DNA of 64,000 bases. It comes from Heteronotia binoei. Its lineage: Eukaryota. A model generated the notes under the pieces. The model saw only the letters and a list, made by a program, of their open reading frames with translations, made no database searches and was not told where the DNA came from. Within the stretch, counting starts at the first letter, position 1; each line of letters opens with the position of its first letter. Shown here piece after piece: positions 36,901 through 48,226 of this stretch. The position numbers were made by a program, and so were the translations under genes. The stretch is taken from positions 42,718,001-42,782,000 of the forward strand of contig NC_083237.1 in assembly GCF_032191835.1 (NCBI RefSeq). The letters run 5' to 3'.

Positions 36901-38173
36901 GCCTGCCGGTGGGCCCAGGGGCCTAAGCTGAGGCTTGGCCCTGGGGTGGCGGGTGTTTAAGTTGGTTTGCAGGTTCCGGTGAGCACCCACGGTTTTCCCT
37001 GATTTAAGGAAGTAGCGGGATGGGACAGTAGCGGGGTTCTACGGCCCTCTGCTGTCTTGCCCGCTATCGGGTCACCTCTTCGGGCAGGCCGTCCCTGGGT
37101 GGGCAGCCGTGCCGTGGGGTGTAAACCTGGCCGGTGCCGGCCTGGCAGCAGCCGCTTTCAGCTGGCTGCGGCCAGGGGCAGGGTGGCTCGCCCTTCCGGA
37201 CAGGGAAGGGTCCTGGGGTGCCTCCCTTGGCCTGTCCGGTAGCTGGTAAGTTGCCCATGCTGTTTAACTCAATAAAGTTGCCCTGTTTTCCATCCAACTT
37301 TGGCGTTGTCTCGTTCTTCCGACTGGGGGGGCAATGCGGCCCTCCCCGACCGCGCCGCCGCAGGTGGCTGTGGGCGGGGGCCGTGTTTGCCTCCCCGGAT
37401 GGAGCGAGGCAGCGCTTCCCGCCCATACGGGGATTTGCAGGGCGGGGGCTGGGGCTTTATAAGCCCAGCCTCGCCCTCCTACACGCACTTCGCCGCGTGT
37501 TTTGACCCTCCCTCCCTCCCTTTAATAGTACAGGTTTTTCGGTCGCTGTTTTTACGGGGCCAGGTAGGAATTTTTTCATCCCAGCTGATTGGCCTTTGCT
37601 GGGATGTTTTTCGCCTACCTTGTACTATTTGACTGTAGGTTGGGTCTTTAATTGGTAACTTTATTGGCGGGTGTTTAAGTTGGTTTGCAGGTTCCGGTGA
37701 GCACCCACGGTTTCCCCTGATTTAAGGAAGTAGCGGGATGGGACAGTAGCGGGGTTCTACGGCCCTCTGCTGTCTTGCCCGCTATCGGGTCACCTCTTCG
37801 GGCAGGCCGTCCCTGGGTGGGCGGCCGTGCCGTGGGGTGTAAACCTGGCCGGTGCCGGCCTGGCAGCAGCCGCTTTCAGCTGGCTGCGGCCAGGGGCAGG
37901 GTGGCTCGCCCTTCCGGACAGGGAAGGGTCCTGGGGTGCCTCCCTTGGCCTGTCCGGTAGCTGGTAAGTTGCCCATGCTGTTTAACTCAATAAAGTTGCC
38001 CTGTTTTCCATCCAACTTTGGCGTTGTCTCGTTCTTCCGACTGGGGGGGCAATCAACAATTATCGGCTTGGACTACTACCTTTTTTAAATTACTTGAAGA
38101 CTACTTACGAAAGCACCATGAATTTTGTGTTCACCCAACAAAGAATTCCAGGTTAAAAAAGTCATAAAGCCCA

Positions 38174-38525
38174 TAAAGCCAAGGAAAAATACTTGTCAGC
38201 TTCCCTCTGCAGTGCCTGCCAAGTTCAGTCAGTGCTCTAGTAGCTGTTGCCCTCCCTTCCCCATCACCCAAATCATGTAGGGCAGTTCTATTTGAAGGGA
38301 GTGGGAGGGAAGACTATAGGGTGGGGCCATTGAGTGCCCCCTGAAAAATTTATAGGCCCCCCAACCTTCCAAATCTTGGCTACGGCCCTGGTAATCAACA
38401 AATCAATGAGAATCAACAATTATCAACTTGGACTACTACCTTTTTGAAATTACTTGAAGACTACTTATGAAAGCACCATGAATTTTGTGTTCACCCAACA
38501 AAGGAGAATTCCAGGTTAAAAAAGT
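38174..38525 (+). repeat. Local duplicate of the Ngaro target region (empty site)
   Basis: 38351-38415 matches 31906-31970 and 38416-38525 matches 38054-38160, joined with no element between them. Confidence 0.9.
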
Positions 38526-39708
38526 AACAGGCTATCAAGTGTGGGGAAGAAAACACTGTGGAAATTAAACACTGTCAATTCTTTGGGGCATCTAAAAACC
38601 CCCGCAGGTAGGCGTTCTTACTGGATGTCCTGGTTTAGCAGTCAGAGTTTTATTACTTATTATTGGCTTGGAAGCAACATTGTTTTGTGTGTGTGTATGT
38701 GTGTTTTTAGCAAACTATAAGTACCCTCCCAAAGCAGATGCTGCCTTTCTAAATCTGTTGACGTCCATAGGCTTAGAAGGGTATATCAGTGTTTAGGATG
38801 ACCCCATATATTACCAAAACCTTAGAACTTGCATCATTTGAGTTGGATCAGTTTTTTTTTTTAATAATTGAATTGGGAGAGATGCATACCATGAGATAAC
38901 TAGAAATGGATTTGCATATTATAGTTAAGTGGGCAGTATAGAGAATCACAAGTATGTTGCACTCCCCTGTTTTGTGATTTTGATGTAATGAACAAAAATG
39001 AATTTGGGAGGGTGAGATGTATTAGGTGGTCCCACATCCGGAGTTTGCAAACTTCACTTATTTTTTTACCATGTTCCACTGGAAGGATGAAAAGAGAAAG
39101 AGCAGCCTAGGCTTCCCCTCCTCCGCTTCTTCACTGAAATGTGTGAAATTGCCCTGGCTTGAGATAACCACAGAAGTCTGTTTTTTTTTACTGAACAAGA
39201 AGTTGTATTTATTTCAAATGGTAGCTTCCAGCACAAACCAGAGGAAATTGCCTCACTTAATATGCAAACAACTTTCATATAAATTCAGACCATGTCAAGT
39301 CTATCTAACCTGACATTTACTTTGGTGATAAGGACTCTCCAGGAATTCAGGCAGGGAAAGATTTTTCTTAACACTTGCTCTGAGATCCTTTTACTGGAGT
39401 TGAACCTCGTTGCAAATGTATACTTCAGCATACTTTCCCACTACTTTCCCCCTAAAAATAGTCCTCAATGCAGTTTACAAAGTTTAAAACATAAGCTGTA
39501 TGTAATACCACCATGAAAAACACTCTAGGACTGTGTTTAAACCACAAAGAAGAATATATTAACAATGTCAGCTTCAAAATCAGCAGTCACCATCCTACAG
39601 CATTCTAATTCAAAGGTCTTCTGAAAAAGAAAGGTCTTCAACTTAATCCAGAAGACCTCTAGGGGTGGTGCTACTATTAATCCCCAGAGGGAAAGAATTC
39701 CTTTTTTC

Positions 39709-39843
39709 CAGGGGTGGCCAACTGTAGCTCTCCAGATGTTTTTGCCTACAACTCCCATCAGCCCCAGCCAGCATGGCTGATGGCTGGGGCTGATGGGAGT
39801 TATAGGCAAAAAACATCTGGAGAGCTACAGTTGGCCACCCCTG
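39709..39843. mobile_element. 135-bp palindromic hAT (Charlie-like) MITE
   Basis: caggggtggccaa...ttggccacccctg, almost fully self-complementary; TSD cttttttc/ctttattc. Confidence 0.9.
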
Positions 39844-39876
39844 CTTTATTCTATCCCATCCAAATACATGTATATC

Positions 39877-40075
39877 CAGGGCTTTTTTTGAGCAGGAACA
39901 CACAGGAACGCAGTTCCAGCTGACTAGGCATCAGGGGGTGTGGCCTAATATGTAAAGGAGTTCCTGCTGGGCTTTTTCTACAAGAAAGCCCTGTGGGAAA
40001 CAATGATGATGTCAGGGGGTGTAGCCTAATATGCAAATGAGTTTCTGCTGGGCTTTTTCTACAAGAAAAGCCCTG
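39877..40075. mobile_element. hAT-like MITE, CAGGGCTTTTT family
   Basis: TIRs; TSD tgtatatc/tatatatt; ATGCAAAT at 40031-40038. Confidence 0.75.
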
Positions 40076-41022
40076 TATATATTTATAGTTTATTGGTGGA
40101 AAAAACTCTCTTTAAGCTTGCAGTCTCATTTTAACAATTTACTTAAGCCCAGAGGTAGTAGGACTTAATATGGGTTTTGATAATTTAACATAAACAGGAA
40201 GCGTGATGTAATGTGAATTGTGGTCATTCAGGAGAGGGTAGCTGAACAGCCTACTTTTTGTTACATCTGATAGTGTTACTTCCTGTTCAAAAGGCCACCA
40301 GAAGAAAAGCTGTTGTGGGCAAGTTGTGTACTGGTTGGATAAGAGCTGGGGATCCCCACTCAGCTGCAAGATCTAGGGACATTCATTATTTCTCACAGGA
40401 ACTTACCTCACAGGGTTGGATTTGTGATAACAACAGGTGAGGTGAAAGCTGTGTATACCATCTTGACCTCCTTGAAGGAAAAATGGGTTTAAAAATATTT
40501 AAGATTTTAGATTGGAAACTTGGGTGAGGAGAGAGTTCAGCTACCCCTTCCTTCCACTTAAGAATCAATAGAATCTAGAATTTATTCATGGGGCTGCTCT
40601 TTTTCCATGTGGTTATGCTCTATGAATAGCCAATTTTTGCCAGCTCGAAGTTAGGAAGTCCCTAGATGTTTTGGGGGTACTGCCTGCAGAGGGCAGGATT
40701 TAAGGAAGGGAAGGGGCTTCAGTGGGGCATAGTGCCATACAGTCCACCTTCCAAAGTTGCCATTTTCTCCAGGTGAACTGATCTCTGTTGCCAGGAGATC
40801 AGGAGATCTCCAGCCACCACCTAGAGGTTGGCAACCCAATAATAACCCATAGAAATAATTAGTGATGTCATATATATTTGCTTGCACTCTCTTGCATGTT
40901 TTTTTTTTCTTTTCAAAGTAGCATTTTTGAGATTTATGTTTGCTCACTGGTTCTTTCAGTACAGCTGGAAAGAGAGGCCATAGAACAAGGAATGTTGATA
41001 CTTGAGCCCTATCTATAGAGGC

Positions 41023-44000
41023 CTATCCATGTGGTCAGTTCTTATGAGTGAACAAAGCTACCATTCTGGTTCTAAATACATAAGATAGAGCCAATGTTCA
41101 AAATCCTATTTAAGGCCCCCAGTGTTTAAAATTAGACAAATATATTTGATACTTTGTGATATATTCTGGATCCTATCTGTGTAATATTTATTTATTTATC
41201 ATTTTATATCCCACCCTCCCCTGACAGGCTCAGGGCGGCTAACAACAGTTTAAAAACATTAGCAATTAACAAACATATCATATTAAAAAGGAAATATATA
41301 ACAAAACATTTCCATACGTAATACTACCAAATAGGCCTATTAGATCCTTTCACATAGGAATTTAGATAGTATAAATGAGCATACAAACTAATAAAATGTA
41401 TGCATAGATAGCATACTGTAATTTGTTTAAGTCGTTCTAGAGAGATTGCTGCCAAAAGCTACATTGCTGCCAAAAGCCACCAAAAGGGTGGCGATTGGGG
41501 GAGAGCTATCTCAGAGGCACCCACTCGATTGTGGGGTGCCTCAGGGGGCAGTTCTCTCCCCAATGTTATTTAACATCTTTATGCGCCCCCTTGCCCAGAT
41601 TGCCCGGGGACATGGGCTGGGTTGCCACCAGTACGCTGATGACACCCAGCTCTACCTATTGATGGGAGACCGGGCCGTTGATGATGTCCCTATAGATCTG
41701 GACCGGGCCTTGCAAGCAGTTGCCAATTGGATCAAGCTGAGCGGGCTGAAATTGAATCCAGTGAAGACAGAGGTCCTTTGCCTGGGTCGCAGCGCCCCAA
41801 AAGGAGGGATTCCCCTTCCAGCTTTTGACGGGACGCCATTGGTACCAGTGCGTGAAGTCAGGAGCTTGGGAGTGCTACTGGAGTCCTCCTTGACAATGGA
41901 GGCCCAGATAGCGGCCACTGCCAAATCCGCCTTTTTTCATCTTAGACGGGCAAGGCAGCTGGCCCCCTTCTTGGAGCGAGGTGACCTGGCAACAGTGATC
42001 CATGCAACGGTCACCTCGAGATTAGACTACTGTAATGCCCTCTACATGGGGCTGCCCTTGTACCGAACGCGGAAGCTACAGCTAGTGCAGAACGCAGCAG
42101 CCAGGCTGCTACTGGGACTACCTCGGTGGGAACACGTGTGGCCTGGGCTGCGAGAACTGCACTGGCTGCCAATAGTGTACCGGGTTCGCTACAAGGTGCT
42201 GGTTATTACCTATAAGATAAGATAAGATAAATTTATTTTTATATCCCGCCCTCCCCCGCCAATGGCGGGCTAAGGGCGGCTCACAGACACGGAACACCGT
42301 GATATAAGTAAAATACAATATAAAACAAACAATTTTAAAATACAATTCAGTTACAAATTCAATCACATAATTAGATGGATAAAACGGTGCTATAAAGTGC
42401 AATAGATCGCGATCATGTACAGGAAAGCCCTATATGGCCAAGGACCTGCCTACCTCAGGGACCACCTCTCTCCATATGTTCCCCAGAGGGCACTGCGTTC
42501 CAGCTCACAAAATCTTCTGGAAATCCTTGGGCCTAAGGAGGCCAAACTTAAAACAACTAGAGAGCTGGCCTTCACCATAAAAGCGCCCCAATGGTAGAAC
42601 CAGCTCCCGGAGGAGGTGCGGGCCCTGCGGGACCTTAACCAGTTCCGCAGGGCCTGAAAAACTGCCCTCTTCCAAGAAGCCTTCAAGACGTGACCAGACT
42701 GAATATTACGCCGCCAGGATAAACAGAGATTGTAGCACCATACTGTTTTTAGCTTTTAATATTAATGTATATTTATATTTGTATTTATTGTGAACTGATT
42801 TTACTTGTATTGTCACTTCATGATATTATATCATGACATATTGTAAGCTGCCCTGAGCCTGCCTCGGCGGGGAGGGCGGGGTAGAAATAAAATTTATTAT
42901 TATTATTATTATTATTATTACATCCATCTTTCTACAAATGAAGAGGACATTGCCATGAGAAATGTCTATGAGAGACTGATCACTAAAGTTAACATCAGTG
43001 AAGCCACTGCAAAATTAACAGGAAGGAGAGGACAACTGAAAACTGAAACAGCAAGGAATTGTAACTTTGAACAATTTGTTATCTTAGTGATCATCAACAG
43101 AGGGCTAAACCACACTATGCTTTTTTTTTTTTTTAATTAAGCCGGCTCCAGACCCAACTTTCTTTCTCAACAGCTGCACAGAAGCTGCATGGGGTGTCAT
43201 TCTAAAATATCAGCAGGATCCTGAACTGGTCAGATCTGCAGTGTGGGGAAAACAAGAACTCTCCCCCACCCATGTAATTTTCCTGAGTCCAAATGGCTCT
43301 GGAATGAAGTTAGCTACACAACTTTGGAGCTGCATGTGGAGTATTGTTAGCCTTTTTAAAATGGCATGGCTGTGGGGGAAACAACGCATCAAAAATATTG
43401 TGTAGTTTGGCTGATGGAACTAAGCCTACTTTCTGACAAGATTTACTTGCATGAAACCATGGGACCTAGGTTTGTAGATGGCTGAGAAGGAGACTGGCAG
43501 GTACCTCAGCAATTTAGGGTATCTCTCCCATGCCATCATGCTTAGAAGATGTGTTTGTGTTTGCAGAGGGGCTGTGGCTCTGTAGAAGAGCCTCTGCTTT
43601 GCATGCAGAAGGTATGAGGTTCAATCCCTGACATCTCCAGCTAAAAAAACCAGGCAACAGGTGATGTGAAAGATCTCAGTCTGAGCAGACAATACTGACC
43701 TTGATGAACCTTGATTTTTAACTTTTTTCAAAATGTCCTAAAACAAAGACAATCGATTGGAAATTGAATTTTAAATGGAATAAAGCAAGAAACAATGGGT
43801 TTTGTTGCAGCCAGTTTTTCTGCTGGTGAGAAAGGGTGGAGGCACTGGAAAGCATTTCATTTGACCACCAAAAAAGGGTATGCTACATATCAGTACCTAT
43901 CAGACCTAAGAGACCCAGCTGCAATTAAAAGCAGTGTGTCTGTACTCTTTAATCCCATATTAATGCATCATCTCTGTAATTCTGAGGAATCATTTATTCC

Positions 44001-45140
44001 AGATAGAAATGAATATGTTTGAGGGAAATCAAAGTCACTAGCTTCAAATCTGACTTCCAGGATTTCAAGATGCCATTTCCAATGGAATCCACAAACAATC
44101 CATTTTTCCATACCTGTTGTGTGGGAGTTATCTAGGTACATTCAGGTATACACATTTTATTTGTTTTAGTACATTTCCATCCTGCCCACCTGTTACAGTA
44201 CCATTCCTTGCTGGGAAACTCCCTTAGATAAATGGCTCCCTGGAAAGTACCCTCACCACTACTACATGTGGTCAGTTTTTATGAGTGAACAAAGCTTGAG
44301 ATAGGGCCAGTACTCCAAACCTCAGTATTCTGGGCTATTTATGCTCCCCAAAGTTTGAAATCCTCTGGTGTTTTGTGTTATATTCCAGATTGCAATTACC
44401 AAAGGGGCTAATTAGATCCTTTCACATAGGAATTTAGATAGTCTAAATGAGGATCCAAACTAATATAATGTATAGGTAGATGACATACTATAGAGAGATT
44501 GCTGCCAAAAGCTATATCCAGCTTTCTACGAATGAGGAGGACATTACTGTGACAAATGTCTATGAGAGACTGACCACCAAAGTTAATGTCACCTCAAAAT
44601 TAACAGGTAAGGAGAGGACAATGAAAAAGAGAGACAGCAAAGAATTGTAACGTTGAACAATTCCTTATCTTAGTGTTCATCAACAGAAGGCCAAACCACA
44701 CAATCCTTTTTTGGCAAGTTGGCTCCAGACCCAACTTTCTTTTTGTATAGCTTTACAGAAGCTGCATGGGATGTCATTCTAAAAACAACAGCAGGATCCT
44801 GATCCGGTTAGAACTGCAGCATGGGGAAAACAAGGGCTCCTATCTTTCCCCCACCTATGCAATTTTCCTGAGTTAAAATGGCTCTGGAATGAAGTTAGCT
44901 GCAAAGCTTTGAAGCTGCATGTGGAGTATTGTGAACATTTTTAAAATAGCATTCTCCACAACTGCTGTGTGGCTGTAGGGAAAATAACTCACCAAAAAAA
45001 ATTCTGTAGTTTGGCTGATGAAAGTAAGCCTACTTTTGGACAAGATTTACTTGTGTGAAACTATGCGACTTAGGTCTATAGATGGCTCAGAAGAAGAGTG
45101 TTAGTTACCTCTCTTCCATGTCATCTTGCTTAGAATAGCA
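41023..45140 (+). repeat. Diverged tandem duplication upstream of the second OR gene
   Basis: 41023-43550 (minus the L2 insert) aligns with 44263-45140, e.g. attagatcctttcacataggaatttagatagt and aaatgtctatgagagactga. Confidence 0.85.
41478..42919 (+). mobile_element. L2-clade LINE, 5'-truncated, with a nested antisense L2 tail (42214-42423)
   Basis: CGVPQGAVLSPMLFNIF, YADDTQLY and LHWLP. The frame breaks at ITY| and resumes KALYG. (att)n tail. Absent from the paralogous unit at 44500. Confidence 0.93.
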
Positions 45141-45288
45141 AATAAGCTCTATGATAATGTGGGGCAATTGAACAGGTAAGATACTCTGCCATAGGGTAGA
45201 ATCCCCAAACCCAAGGGTGAACATCTACCTTTAGCAAGGCTCCTAAGATCCTGCATCTCAAGGTCTCTTACTACAGCAGGATGAAATT

Positions 45289-45498
45289 GAACATATGAAG
45301 CTGCCTTATACTGAATCAGACCCTTGGTCCATCAAAGTCAGTATTGTCTACTCAGACTGGCAGCGGCTCTCCAGGGTCTCAAGTTGAGGTTTTTCACATC
45401 TATTTGCCTGGACCCTTTTTTGGAGATGCCAGGGATTGAACCTGGGACCTTTTGCTTACCAAGCAGATGCTCTACCACTGAGCCACCGTCCCTCCCCC
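45289..45498 (-). mobile_element. tRNA-derived SINE (Squam3-like), well preserved
   Basis: A box tggctcagtggtag, B box ggttcaatccc, 3' end ggcagcttcatatgttc. Confidence 0.88.
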
Positions 45499-46572
45499 AT
45501 TCATGAAGTGGAAAATTCACTCATGTAGTGGAAAATGTGTGATCAATAAGCTAAAAAATGTATAAATGAAGAGCAAACTAGTCTTCCAGAATGCTACACC
45601 TGAGGTAAAATGTTGCTACAGCTCATCTGCTGAATTGTGTCATGCTGTAGCTAGCTCAGATGCAGATAATCACTGTAATGCACTGATAATGGCTTTGGAG
45701 CCACTTGTGACTCTTCTCAGCACTGTTCCTCAATATGGTACCTGCCTCATGTTTCGGGAAAATGAGTACAACCCTTTCCTGATGGAGTTCGTGGCCTTTT
45801 CATCCCTAACCTAGGTTGGAGGTTCGTGGTCAGATGGTTCCCACCTTGAAACAGAGGCTGCTTGAGAAACAGGTGAGCCGCCATGAGGTGCAGGCTTCAT
45901 GCCAGAGATGGCAGTAAGCATAGCTCTTTGGGTCGATGGTAGTTGTGAATGTGGCTCTCCATAAGCCACAGAGCGCCACTGCTATAGTTGATTCATTACT
46001 CTCTCCTGTTGCATTCATTGCCTGTTCTAGCAGAAAAAGGAAACCAAAGCATACACATTCATTTTTGCTTTATGTGTTAACTCATGTACCATACGTGTGG
46101 CAGCATTTACCTAGACAGGCATTCACCAAAGGAGATTCCCTTGATTTCCTGTGCAGCAACCACCAATATTTAGTGTAGTTCTTCAAATATTTATTTATTT
46201 AATTCAGTTGTGACTGACAAGTTTACTGATTTCTGCATCCACGTGTGGCAAGGAACTGGCAATGGTTGGAGATGGTCCTGGTGTGCATAGATATTTGGGC
46301 AGTGATCTTTTTATAGCTTCCATTTCTATAATGACACTTTGTATAACTCTGACTTTATTAGGAAGGGATCATGGTTCAGCGGTAGAGCTGAAGAATCCAG
46401 GATCAATCTTTGATATCTCTCAGGAAACTAACATGTGGTAGACAAGATCTCTCTTTGCCTGACACCACGGAGAACAAATGCTAGTCAGATGGAACACTAC
46501 TTAAATTAGATTAAACCAGTGATCTGTCTCAGTATAAAGTAGTTTTGTATGCTTTTTCATTCCAGGGAATCC

Positions 46573-47526
46573 ATGAATGACATGCCAGGGACCAATCAAA
46601 CCTCAGTCACCACCTTCTTACTCTTAAGCTTCAGGCACTTGCACCAACTTCAGTTCCTTCTTTTCTTGCTGTTTCTGATTATCTACATTGTGACTGTGTC
46701 TGGCAACATTCTCATTCTGGTCTTAGTTGTGACTGATGAAAGCCTTCACATCCCCATGTACTTTTTCCTAGCTAATCTGTCCTTCTTGGAGACATTCTAC
46801 AGCTCAGTGGTGACCCCTAGGATATTGGCTGACTGCTTGTCAGAGGATGGCAGTATCTCTTTGGCTGGATGTATCACACAGCTATTTCTTTACACTAGTA
46901 TGGCTGGCACGGAATGCTTCCTTCTTGCAGTCATGGCATTTGACCGTTACCTAGCCATTTGCAAGCCACTTCACTACACAATCATAATGAACTTCAGAGT
47001 TTGCCTTCAGCTAGCGGTAGTATCCTGGTTCTCTGGCACTTTGGCCTCTGTACTTGCAATTGGGACCGTTTCCAAGTTATACTTCTGTGGCCCCAACCAG
47101 ATCGACCAATTTGTCTGTGACATGGAAGAGCTGATTAAACTGTCATGCAAGAAGAGCACTTGGACAAGGATGACTGTCTTTGCTGCCTGTTCCACTGTAA
47201 CACTGGTTCCTTTTGTGTTCATTGTTATCTCCTATGGATGCATCCTTTCAGCCATCTTGAATATTGCCTCTTCTACTGGAAGGCAGAAGGCATTTTCCAC
47301 ATGTGCTGCCCACCTTACAGTGGTGAGCCTGTATTATGGGTCCATCATTATCTTGTACGTAATCCCTAAAACAGGCCAGTCTCCAGAATTCCATAAAGGG
47401 CTCTCTGTTGTGTATACTGTTGTCACACCAATGCTGAACCCCATTGTGTACAGTCTCAGGAACAAGGAAGTAAGGGGTGCCTTTAAGAAACTGAGTTCCT
47501 CATTGTTTAAAAATAGGATAGGTTGA
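46573..47526 (+). CDS. Olfactory receptor, class II (family 11/6/10-like), intact, 317 aa
   Basis: LHIPMYFFLANLS, MAFDRYLAICKPLHY, KAFSTCAAHL and PMLNPIVYSLRN; NQT sequon. Splice acceptor ttttcattccag at 46565 makes ATG 46573 (or 46582) the likely start rather than 46549. Confidence 0.96.
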   Translation: MNDMPGTNQTSVTTFLLLSFRHLHQLQFLLFLLFLIIYIVTVSGNILILVLVVTDESLHIPMYFFLANLSFLETFYSSVVTPRILADCLSEDGSISLAGCITQLFLYTSMAGTECFLLAVMAFDRYLAICKPLHYTIIMNFRVCLQLAVVSWFSGTLASVLAIGTVSKLYFCGPNQIDQFVCDMEELIKLSCKKSTWTRMTVFAACSTVTLVPFVFIVISYGCILSAILNIASSTGRQKAFSTCAAHLTVVSLYYGSIIILYVIPKTGQSPEFHKGLSVVYTVVTPMLNPIVYSLRNKEVRGAFKKLSSSLFKNRIG

Positions 47527-48226
47527 GATTTTCAGTGGAGAATTTAGGATTATTCTACAAAGTTGATTTAAAGGAAGATAGTGAAAGTTTGTTTGCCAAG
47601 TGTGGAGAAATACATTTGTAGCTTGGGTTTGGGGCTTGACAAACCCCCACATGCAAGGGTTTTTTTAAAAAAAGATTTTCTTTGTCCTAGCAGAAGACTG
47701 GGAGGAGAGGGGAAAGTCAACTCTCTGTAAATGCTAATGGACACCTAGCTGCAGGAAAAAAATAACGGCCGACTCACACCTTAACCAGAATTTGACAGCA
47801 GGAAGTCGACAAGGGACCTGGGGGTGCAAGAGGCTAAATTGTACTTCCTGCAGATTTCAGGAAAGGATTCTAGAGGTTTGAAAAACAGAAGAGATAAAAA
47901 TCCCTTGGCATGGAAGGAGAGGGGTCCATTTTGGCTGATTCCATCTGGAGGAAAGAACTCTCACACCTAATCTCTATCTTTGATGGCTGTAAATTCTGCT
48001 ATGGTGAACATGATTCTTCTGGCCTGCAGGCCCTTTTCTGACATGCCCTTCTTAGCTTTTCTTAACACCTGGAGAGGCCTTTCTTCCACTCTTGGGTAAC
48101 TTGCCACCACCACCTGTCCTTTATATGGAATTGCCTACTGGAAGGAACAGAACTCCCCGCTTCCCTTCCAAATTTTGAGGCCTTGCCTCTGTGTCTCCTG
48201 CTACCCAGTTCTTGGTCACCATGGGA

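Larger units (their letters stand above)
31971..38053 (+). mobile_element. Ngaro-type tyrosine-recombinase (DIRS order) retrotransposon, structurally complete, coding-defective
   Basis: Split direct repeats A1 31971-32139, B1 36947-37335, A2 37336-37504 and B2 37665-38053. Internal gag, RT/RH, YR and SGNH remnants are in Ngaro order. No TSD. Confidence 0.93.

Noticed and set aside
36947-38053. 389-bp direct repeat read as ordinary LTRs or an assembly duplication
   Set aside because: The interleaved A2 copy, the YR ORF and the AAT junctions fit split direct repeats.
31200-38100. Many long GC-rich ORFs on both strands
   Set aside because: Explained by high GC content and by overlap with Ngaro repeats and decayed ORFs; not host genes.
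39040-39082. Strong minus-strand acceptor followed by EHGKKNK*, echoing the start of the FN2 exon
   Set aside because: The match is three residues only and no FN2 cysteines follow.
45430-45498. tRNA gene
   Set aside because: It is the A/B-box head of a multicopy SINE with no complete cloverleaf.
45842-46026. Minus-strand segment with a strong acceptor and an open phase-1 frame
   Set aside because: No recognisable domain and a weak donor; cannot be supported without transcripts.
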